A DNA stretch of 27,272 nt from Azolla caroliniana (taxonomy: Eukaryota; Plantae; Polypodiophyta), in the NCBI GenBank assembly GCA_043228905.1, contig JBHGNT010000414.1, forward strand, positions 1-27,272, given 5' to 3'. Below, piece by piece: positions 10,239 through 20,400 of this stretch. Below the pieces are notes generated by a model that had not been told where the DNA came from, made no database searches, and worked only from the letters and a program-made list of their open reading frames with translations. A program made the translations under genes and the position numbers. How positions within the stretch are numbered: position 1 is the stretch's first letter; each line of letters opens with the position of its first letter.

Positions 10239-10733
10239 TTAGGGTAATAAAAAGGGTCAAGGGCCAAGAGGACTCCCATTGTTCTTCAACAATGAATATC
10301 CAAAAAACAAATCATTTATTTTAGTAATTGTGATGAATAATTTCTAGAGCTTGTTGTTTTCTGAAGGAATTTTGTTATCACGATATTAATGGATAGGTTA
10401 TTGAACACTATAAAATGTGGGCACACCGTGTTTGGATTATAATCAATCCTTAATTGGACTACATGCGACAAACACACATGCACACACATGCACTCTCACA
10501 CCCACAACAAAGACTTTAATATTGAGAACGTGCAAAAATAATTTTAAGTGAATATTAAACAACCACTTTATTAAATGAATATTGTTACCATGTCCTTCCC
10601 TAAGAATATATCATGGTGAAGCCCTTCACTTTTATGGGCATGTATTGTATCCTTGACACTATTTTGTATCCAGCACTATGTATGTCCCTCAAGCGTATAT
10701 ATATAAATACATATCATCCAAACCACAAACATA
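10239..10733 (+). promoter_or_regulatory. PR-1b upstream region with TATA box (~10697-10708)
   Basis: Colinear with 4319-4829 at roughly 90% identity by eye. Confidence 0.65.
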
Positions 10734-10757
10734 TCATCCTCAATGCTCACAATGTTG

Positions 10758-11902
10758 TAGTAACAACCTCTGAAATTGCGTGGACAAGTCTTTTAGATGC
10801 TGAAAACTGTTTAATTAGCATTAAGGGAATGAAAGTAGAATCGAACGAGGTATGCTACTACAAACTAGAGCACGGAAGGGAAAAAGGTGAGCAACCAGTC
10901 TTTCAAAGAGAAAAAACGATTAGGCTGATCGTAAAAACTGGCAAGAATATGATTATTGACCCTAAGCCAAGGGAGATCACACCGGCGACAGTGTGTTGGC
11001 CTATAGAAGGGCATTTGGATCAGTTATCATGGGACCCAGCCAGGTATTTTTGGAGAACTCAAGGAAAAACTAATGGGGAAAAGCTGGTTCAATTTTTCAG
11101 GTATAACACGAAGATTGGGAGGCAAATTCTTCTAGAACAAAAACATGACAAGGTTGCGGCAAGGAAATTTTGGATGCAGGAGGGCATAAGTGAAAGGAGA
11201 CTAGATAAATTCTGGAAAATGATATGGCATGACAAATATGACCGCAAGATAATGATGTGTTTATGGCTTATTGCACATAGAGCCTTGCCGGTAGGGACGT
11301 GGGGTAAAGGCCCCAATGTAGACTCTAGATGTACTGCATGTGGACAGATAGAAAGCATCTCCCATTGTCTATGGGAATGTCGCAATGCAATGGCTGTATG
11401 GGGAAGGGCACTTCGTTTGCTTTGCCATGCCTCTAGTTCGTTCACCCTCAACTTGGGACATGCTTGTTGGATGTCTCTTGACGTTGATGTGGCGACATAT
11501 GATAGCACATGCAATGCTAAGTACAGAGGGGAGAATGGCATTGTTCGGCTGATCACTGACAATGGGGTACCTACAACTTGTGTACAGAATCAAAAACTTG
11601 AAGATCTTTGGATGTTGCTTGCCCCCATTACTATATGGCATATATGGACACCAAGGTGTACCAAGGTATTTTCCGCACACAAACGCCCTCCAGCTAAATC
11701 GATTAAGCTAATTTGGCACACACTCATAACTACACTAAGAGCTCAATATGAGCGGATTAATGGTACTAATGATGCTGCAGACCTAATGAGGCTGAATTTT
11801 CGAAAAAGATGGTGTACGACACCGACGGCCGCAGCAAATGGAATGGATATATTATGGAAGTATGATGTACCCAGATGGTTGTTTCCCCCTCCCATTAGTT
11901 GA
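10758..11902 (+). CDS. LINE ORF2 C-terminal region (zf-RVT), uninterrupted
   Basis: FWKMIW..LWLIAHRALPVG..CTACGQIESISHCLWEC..WKYDVPRWLFPPP, homologous to the C-terminus of the 1158-3599 ORF. Confidence 0.85.
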
Positions 11903-12127
11903 ACGAGGGCTGTGAAAGACATGGCAAGTGGGATAGTGAAGGTAGGTGATGTATCTGAAAGGATGGTTTGAGTCATATGTAAAAGTGTAAGATAAATAAG
12001 TGAGATCTCGTATGTAGGCTAGGATAATCTTGGCACGGCCTACCTGAGAAAGGGATCGTGTTCATGATTATTTTAACTAATGGAGTATATTCTCTTTTGG
12101 GAAAAAAAAAAGAAAAGAAAAGAAAAA
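10758..12127 (+). mobile_element. 5'-truncated L1-like LINE with A-rich tail and 13-bp TSD
   Basis: GCTCACAATGTTG at 10745-10757 and 12128-12140. A-rich tail at 12102-12127. The ORF contains zf-RVT. Confidence 0.95.
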
Positions 12128-13205
12128 GCTCACAATGTTGAAAGGGAAACATGAAGCATTCCACTTCTTGTGTGGAATGACACATTGGCGACCTCCGCTT
12201 ACCAATATTCTAGAACGCAGAAAAGAGTGCTTGGATCTCAGAAAAGAGTGACTAAGATTATAAGACCAACACTTGCGCTACTGGGCAAGTGTGTGGTCAC
12301 TACACCCAAGTGGTGTGGGCCACCACACTTCATGTTGGATGTGTTTCTCATGTATGCACCTCCACCCAAGGTGCAACATACATTATTTGCAACTATGATC
12401 CCCCAGGAAATATCTCTGGCGAACGCCCATATTAAGTTTCGGTCTGATCATTATACATATCCACCCACTTGCACTTGTGCCCTACACCAATACATATACA
12501 CCATCATCCCAAATAATCTTGCAATTGCTACAAATTGCCCTCCTTTGTTTTTAGGTATTTGTATCCATGTGAAATCATTGTTATTACTGTTTCTTGTTTT
12601 GTTTCAAATGCTCGAGAAATGATTGTTTTGAGTTAACTAACTCTTGTTGTGTGCTTGTAATAATTGCTAATGTAGAGAACAAACGCCATGGCTTTAAAGT
12701 TGTCGACAATATTTGTTATGACATGAAAGCCTTTTAAATTTTGATAGAGTAGGCCATGCTTGATCAAAATTATGTTTCTATTGGTAGATATTGCAATTTT
12801 TTTATTCCATAAAGCATAATAAAAAGGATTAAATTATGTACCCATAACATTCCTACTTAAAACATTTCCACAACTGTGCGGCGATTTATTGTGAGTAGAA
12901 TTAGATTGCTAATTATGAAAACGCATCATCTATAGAAATGTCTTCCCCTATTGAATATATGGATGTATTTTGTTCATTCTCGCAATCAAATGATGAGTGC
13001 AAGTGGAACACTTCAAGGGTTCAGCCAGAGATTCACTTGCGTAATTGTGGTTGACAAAACTATACTAGACTCTAGCAACGTTTTGTTATACTTAAAATTA
13101 ATGGATGTGAAGTATACGAGGGACCTTGGAGTACTTTTATAAATTGAAGAAGTTCTGTTTACACATTGGTCTGAAGGAGGCAAAGCAAGTGAACAATTTC
13201 ATAAG

Positions 13206-13746
13206 TGTCACCCATGGGACAATGTGTTGAATGCGGGTATATAATGGTTGTATTCACAATGTCCCATTCGACACACAAGGTTTAGGCTATTTATGTAAAT
13301 AGTGAAAAGTGCAATTGCCCTATGTCGGTTAGCATTTAAAATGCCTCTTGTAACCTAGTTTTAAGGTTATTCATCTTTGTAAAGAATGCTATTGTAACTC
13401 TGAGTAATTATATAGTTATATCTTGTTGTGCCTATTTTGGTGTCTTTCTTCTCCTTGTGCCTTTTTTTATCTTGCTTCTGTTGAATAAAAAATTGTTGCT
13501 TGAATCTATTATTGTTTGCTACCTATACGAGATCTTCATAAGAAGAGAACTGGTTCTTTTTTCGCACGTGACGGCTAGTTATGACATTTTGTATTAGAGC
13601 TTGGTGTTGTTTGATTCTATAGCCAATCACCATTTGTCTACATCAACATCTCTTCCCTAGTATCCTCTAAACATCTTTCCATCAACTTCACTGATCAGGA
13701 CTTTATCAACCTCAACGATCAAGGCTCTTCTTTCTTCTTCTAACGG
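13206..13746 (+). mobile_element. Old LTR retrotransposon 5' end: LTR 13206-13586, degenerate tRNA-iMet PBS, start of internal region
   Basis: TGTCA...TGACA termini. TTGTATTAGAGC (13589-13600) differs from TGGTATCAGAGC at 2 positions. Interrupted at 13747 by family A. Confidence 0.6.
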
Positions 13747-14642
13747 TGTCGTAGTGTAATTCGTACACTACGTGAAAGATTACATTTTTGGTCTCTCCAG
13801 ATAGGACATGGAGTACCCGGTGAGAACCAGAAGAAGGAACCAGTAAGGACCGAAACCGGCAAGGAGACCCAACAAGAGCCGGATGAAGAAGGCCGGTGAG
13901 AGTCGGTGAGAAACAGACGAAGAGATCGGTAAGGAGGTCCCGATAAGAACCGGACAAAGAAAACTATCAAGCACCGGATGAAGCAAAACCGGAAAGAGCC
14001 GGATGAAAAAGGCCGGTGAGAGTCTCTCACCGGATGAAGAGACGTATTTGTGAATAGAAGAAAGTATAAAAATATATATATTACATGCATAGGGCAAGAT
14101 TCGAACCTTGCACCTCCATGTTAATAATGTTAAGCCTTATCATTATAGTAGGGTATCATGAATTTTAAGTTATACTAAACTTTATTCCATGTAAAATTTC
14201 TAGACGTGCATGGTAAAAATGTTATTCATGCATAGACACTCGAGTTCAAAAAGAAAAGATGAGATAGAAAGCTAATCATGCACATGCAATGTGCATGAAA
14301 ACAAAAGATAGAAAAAGCATGATGCTTGCATGTGATAAACTTAGACTCTTCCAACACTATATAACGAAGAGAGAAAGATGTATAGAGGTTTTTGATTATT
14401 TTACAAGGGTTGATTAATATAATATAATCGTGGGGGTCCACGAATTTGCTAACTATTATTCTCTCTTAATTTGAGTACTCACTAATACACTATACTCGTG
14501 GGATTCACGAGTTTTTCATATCTTTCTTTCTCACAATATATTTCACATTCTTAATTGCCTTAGAATTTTCCTTCCTCCTAGTTCAAAACCCTAGTGGTTC
14601 CCACCCGACTCACGCAACGATTCGGAGGCGAAAGGCATGACA
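13747..14642 (+). repeat. Family A 5' LTR (~896 bp)
   Basis: Starts TGTCGTAG and ends CATGACA before the PBS. Internal direct repeat at 13874-13904 and 13994-14024. TATA-like CTATATAA at ~14357. The left boundary is inferred because no partner LTR is in the window. Confidence 0.75.
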
Positions 14643-14646
14643 CAAC

Positions 14647-14664
14647 TGGTGAACCCGACGTGAA
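14647..14664 (+). other. Primer binding site, tRNA-Trp
   Basis: TGGTGAACCCGACGTGAA, identical to 5343-5360. Confidence 0.85.
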
Positions 14665-14680
14665 AACGGGTGGCAAGGAG

Positions 14681-15293
14681 ATGGCAAATCAACCGGAGGC
14701 TAACAGCATCATGATGATGTTCGAGCGAATGCTTCAGTAAAAACATGCGATGTCGGAGATAGCGACGGCAGTAGAGCGGCTCGTGCAACGGATCGGACAA
14801 TTCAACGGAAAGGACGTATCACGCTGTCTTCGAGACTACAAGGCGGAAATGCTACGGTGCGGGATTTTGGAAGGACTACAAGTGACATCCTTCAACCGGG
14901 TGGCTACCGACAGGCTTCAAGCAAGTATCCACGGGCTACGACAACAGAATCTGACGTGGGAAGCGTTTGAAGAGGCGCTAAAGACCACGTTCGCTATCGA
15001 GGACTCCTCCAAGGCAACGCGGAGAGGATTCGAGGATTGGGTAGAAACGCCAGACAAGGGGATGAAGGACCTCGATGTGTTTTCGGCATTCGAAAGTCGG
15101 TTCGGGAGGTTGTCTGCGAGAGATCAAGCTATCCTCGCACCGGACAAAGTTATCATGTTCTTACGAGCCGTAGACGTCCGGGACCGGAAGGATCTTGGAG
15201 TGCTTCTAGAGGACACGAATACCGAGAGTGGCCTCACCGAAACATGGGAAAGTGTGCGGGATATCGTTGCGCGATACACAAAGAGGGGGCAAT
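14681..15293 (+). pseudogene. gag: Family A gag N-terminal part (continues at 22315-22499)
   Basis: ATG at 14681, premature TAA at 14738-14740 (GAA in copy 1), then FNGKDVSR..WEAFEEALK. Confidence 0.85.
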
Positions 15294-15748
15294 TGTTATG
15301 GACATGACCATTTAATATCCGATGGTGAGAATTTACCAGAGTATTCTATACACGTGGATAAGTGTGAGGGTTAAACGAGAGTGTAAAGAAGGGGAGGATT
15401 ACTTTTAATCCTCGGGATTGAGACAACCCAATAGGTCAAGTGTGAACTTGCCTGGGGGCCTTAGATATCGCTATAAATAAGAGGCGTAGCTGCCCTCATT
15501 TAATCATCTTTTGACTACATCGAGACTCTGCTCTTGTGGTGGGTCAACTCTTGTAGCGAGCGCGCCAAAACCAGGTACGACTCGACGCCACGGCGGTGGT
15601 ATGGGACGCCGATCAAGGCTCGAGTCCGTCTCGATCCCTTCGCTCGGGGGTGGTCAGGTGGATCGGCACCCTTCTTTCTCTTTCTCCTTTCTATCTATCA
15701 TTTGTTTATCCTTATCTTAAGCTTACTTTAGTACTTAGATCTCTAATA
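15294..15748 (+). repeat. Chromovirus 5' LTR
   Basis: TGTTA...TAATA, followed by the PBS. Confidence 0.95.
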
Positions 15749-15750
15749 TT

Positions 15751-15762
15751 TGGTATCAGAGC
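15751..15762 (+). other. Primer binding site, tRNA-iMet
   Basis: TGGTATCAGAGC, 2 nt after the LTR. Confidence 0.95.
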
Positions 15763-15994
15763 TATGTACTAATGTTTCTTTGTTTTTCATTTGTCGTTTG
15801 ATTGATGGTGATCGATCGATGTGCGGTCGGCCTTGATCCAGACAACGATCAACAAAGAACTTCGGTAACTCTTTCCAGAATTTTTATTCTATTCTCTCTT
15901 CTCCCATCTAATCATGTGTTTGGTTTATATGTCATTTTTTTTCATTAAGTCAATGATGTTGTAGTGGTCTTTAATTGATTATCTAAAACGTTTA

Positions 15995-16262
15995 CATATG
16001 TGCACGAGGTCAATACCTCGTTTGATATATTAATAATATGTGATGAGTGTCGTATGCGTACGAGGTTAATACCTCAATTACGTATTACGTTCATGAACAT
16101 ATGTTACGTTTGCGTATGAGTTTAATACCTTGATTTGTTGTAAACGATATGCGATTGGTCTCGTATGCGTAAGAGGTCAATACCTCAATTGCGTATTACG
16201 ATGATCTTTTATTTGTGGATGTTTCGTGTGCGTAGAGGTATATACCTCGATTACGTATCTCG
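15995..16262 (+). repeat. Five degenerate ~56-bp hairpin repeats in the chromovirus leader
   Basis: GAGGT-N4-ACCTC cores at 16006, 16062, 16118 (degenerate), 16173 and 16235. Confidence 0.8.
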
Positions 16263-17437
16263 ATCACATCATTTGTGGCTATTTAATATAACGATATGTT
16301 TAATATAGGCATATATGGTCACATATATACGTATTTGATCGTATATATGTGATAAGTAAACATATGTGTATATTCGTTATTACGTGATTATATCGAAAGT
16401 TGTCCTTGTCGGGAAAAGGATGTTGGTGGCCGTCCTCACATTTTTGTGAGAATGGCGTTGTCACCATCCCTTTTTCAACAATTTTTTATTGTTGATAACC
16501 CCGTTGATGACCTCGATTTCGTTACATAAAGAAACGCCAATAGCCATAATGATGTTGAGTACGTAGGGCTTGACCCACTTCAAGTGAGGTCGCTCCAATG
16601 ACGCACGTATCCAACATCCCTCCCTCGTTACATGGATACGATGCCACCATGAGTTCGTTCTTACGAGAGGCATTCGTAATGACGTGACCATGTGATGGCC
16701 CACGTGAGCCTACTACGAAATGAGGGCTCATTTGGCTTGACTATTAGGTTGCACTTTGGCGTATGCCATCGTAATTACGAGACTTGAGGTTAGGTAACGT
16801 ACCAACATAGTTTTGGTAAATGAGGGCGAAATAATGACCCTTGACATATATGTTCTTTTAAAAAAAAACATATATGATCAATTGCCTCGCATATCTCTTA
16901 TACGCATCAAACATTAAGCATTCGAGAAGAGCAACTTACTTGGTTGACTCGTGTTTAATGTATTTGTTGTCGAGGTTTCGAGTTCAAATATGACCAAGAC
17001 CATACAACATCCTTGATACATATGACTATAAAACATGTTTAGACTTAAGGTCTAAGTGCACCTCGGGGTCCTCGTAATAGGACTTAAAGAGACGAAACCA
17101 CATATGTGGGCACCGAAACATACTTTATTGTTAACATTTTTTTTCGTGTATAAACTATTCATGACGCGAACATACATGGTTGAGCCTCGGGGAGCCACCA
17201 TGAAAAAATCGATATAGAGATCAGGGAAAGACATTTATTTGTCACCCCCATGGTTTTTAAAACACCTTTGTGTTACCATAATAACCTGATCTTGAACCTC
17301 ATCTCATACGTCTATAGGGGTATTGACGTGAGATCATGATATCGATTAATGTTTGCCCATGATATGTTTACATGACGACATGATGTTATGACTATATCTA
17401 CGACCTTATCCTATTTCTTTTCCAGAAATAATCTTAA

Positions 17438-20400
17438 ATGGCACAAATTAACGTCCCGATGTCATCCGCTCAAGCGGAAGGAACTCAAGGAAATCCTCCT
17501 GGACAAATGTCCACTGAGATGTATTTGGCACAAATAACCCAATACCTTAGTTTCACCGCTCAACAGATGACCGAACTTCGGCAATCTCAGAGTGCTCTTG
17601 AGGCACGTGTCATTAGTCTACAATGTGAGACTAATAGACCTGATGAGCGACAAGGTGAACCATCATTTGTCGTTAAGCCATTTACGGGAGACAAAAAGGA
17701 AAGAACCGAAGAAGCAATCTGCACATGGTTGGGATGATGGGAGTCTCATTTTGAGCTCTATCCCACGCCAGATAGTACGAAGATTGCATATGTCGGCCGA
17801 GAACTCGGGGGTAAGGCCGCCACCTGGTGGCGTGGGCTCCGTACTATGGGGAAATTGCCCGATACCTGGACAGATTTTGTCATGGTTTTTAAGGGTCAAT
17901 TTCTGCAACCTCCCTCTCGAACCGAGGCAGCACAAGCTTTAATGAACCTCTCTAGCAAGAAATTTTCCTCGCTAGAAGACTATGTTCACCATGCTAGAAC
18001 CCAAATTCAAAAATCGGGTCTAGAAGGGGCAATTGGTTGATAGCTTGTTTTGTCAATGGCATCCCCAATTCGGACTATCACTGGATAGTGCACGATAAGG
18101 ATCCAAAATCCTTCGAAGAGGCCGTTGAAATAGTTCTTCGCTATCAACGCACTTCGAAGAAGGACCATAACAAACCCAATGAAGCGCCCGGGACTAAGCA
18201 GTCGCAATTTGTTGGGAAACGCAAGATACCCAACGAATTCCTGGATTGTGATTGTAAGTGACAACATCCTTTTTGTGTATTCTACAAAAAGAAGGGTCAT
18301 ACAAAAGATCAATGTCGAAAGCTCCAACGGAAAGAGCATGACAACAAAGCTAAAGCTGCAGACCATAAAGGTCAGATTCCTAATTTCCTTCAGGTCTATA
18401 CACATCATTTAAGTAATTGTCAATGTTCTTTCCCTCACTATGTATTGGGTCCCAATGAGTTACTATGTGCAAACGGGTATATCAATGGATCTCCCGTACA
18501 ATTTTTATTTGATTCGGGAAGCTCACACAATTTTGTGAATGATCGTTTGGTTCAGATATGGGGAATCCAACCCACCGTAAGGGATCACACCTACACGGTG
18601 CACTTGGCTGATGGAAGAGTACAATACATCAATGGGGCGATTCATTCATTAGGAATTTCTATTGATACTTATATAGAGGAAGTAGACTTCCATGTAATGA
18701 ATCTTTGTACCACCGATGTAATACTAGGTTATCCCTGGTTTTATAATAAAAACTCTTCTTTATTTATTGATTGGGTTCGTCATTCCATTTCTTTTGTACT
18801 GAACGATTGTATGCATTTTATTCAACGTGTAAAAAAACGATCCCTCTCGATTGTTTCCTCGTGTCCATCAATATCCGAGTTGTCTTGTTCTACATTATTT
18901 TATTGTGTACTTGATCCGGACATTCACATTTACAATATCGATAATGTCCTGGTTCAATTAACATATTTTGAACAACAACTTAATGAAATCTTAAATGATT
19001 TTCATGATGTTTTTCCAAGTGAACTACCTGATGGGTTACCTCCTAAACGTAATATAGACCATCGTATAGATATTGTACCTGGTGTTGCACCAATAAGTAT
19101 ACCTCCGTATCGCTTAAGTCGATCCGAAGAAGATGAGGTATCTAAGCAACTCAAGGACTATTTACGAATGGGTTATATACGTTATAGTAAATCTCCATGG
19201 GGTGCACTAGTTCTCTTGGTTAAAAAGAAAGAGGGCACATGGTGTATGTGTATTAATTACCGATGCTTGAATAAAGTGACGATCAAGATTTCGTACCCAT
19301 TGCACTGGGCTGACGATCTAATTGACCGTCTCGAGGGAGCTCGGTATTTTATGAAACTTGATCTCCGTACTAGCTACCATCAAATACGAATAAGTGAGGA
19401 CGATGTTCCTAAAACGGCATTTCGTACGGGCTTTGACCGTTACGAGTTTTTGGTTATGCCTTTTGGTTTGACCAATGCTCTGGCTACATTTCAACAAGAA
19501 ATGAATGACATTTTCCGAGAACAACTTGGAAAATTTGTCGTTATTTTCTTGGATGATATTTTAGTTTATAGCCGTACATTACAAGAACATGCTAAACATG
19601 TCCGCTTTGTTTTACAAACATTGCGTGACAAACAGTTTTATGCAAAGATCTCAAAATGTGAGTTCTTCAAGAAATCAATTACTTATCTAGGACATCTCAT
19701 AACCGAACGAGGAGTTGAAATTGATCCTTCTCGCATTGAGAAAATCAAGCTTTGGCCCACTCTTCGGAATATTCGAGAAGTTCGATCATTCCTTGGTTTT
19801 GTCGGGTTTTTGCGAAAATCTCCTCGTAATTACTCCCAATTCACGACGCCGTTTACTGATCTTTTAAAAGGTCAAACGCATAAGTCTACAAAACCTATTG
19901 TTTGGAATGCTACACTAGACCTTGCCTTTAAGGAACTCAAGGACCTGGTTTGCAAGGCTCCTTCACTTCTTTTACCTGATCCTTCAAAACCTTTTGAGGT
20001 TGAAACCGATGCAAGCGATTATGCTATAGGTGTTGTCTTGTATCAAGATGCTAAACCAATAGCATTCGAGAGTAAGAAACTTGATTCTGCTCAATGTCGG
20101 TATACCGTTCAAGAAAAGGAATTATTTGCAGTTATACATGCGCTCAAAACATGGCGCCATTATCTTTATGGAAATCACTTTGTGGTAACTACGGACCACG
20201 AGTCCTTGAAATATTTTTGTGATCAACAAGACCTGAAAGGTCGTAAGGCACGATGGGCTGATCTCATCCAGGACTTTGATTTTTCCATACGATATCGTAA
20301 AGGTTCCATGAACACTATCGCTGATTCACTAAGTCGCATCCGTGAAGTTAACATGCTTAGCTTCACTGAAATAACATCAGATCTTTATGATCACCTTCGA

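Larger units (their letters stand above)
10742..12435 (+). pseudogene. PR1: PR-1/CAP-family pseudogene: signal peptide deleted, LINE inserted, two stops, internal deletion; C-terminus retained
   Basis: NAHNV|LINE|AHNVERET*SIPLLVWNDTLA, then in a shifted frame [53 protein letters not shown] (TAA 12433-12435), which includes the CNYD + CAPE peptide motif. Confidence 0.93.

Noticed and set aside
10613-10757. N-terminus of the listed 429-aa ORF as a real gene start
   Set aside because: It derives from PR-1 promoter DNA and spans the TATA box, so it is in frame only by accident of the deletion.
12170-12622. 150-aa ORF as an intact gene
   Set aside because: It is mostly the wrong frame of the PR-1b pseudogene after the frameshifting deletion.
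15995-16262. CRISPR-like array (palindromic repeats with spacers)
   Set aside because: The repeats are degenerate, lie inside a eukaryotic retrotransposon leader, and no cas genes are present.
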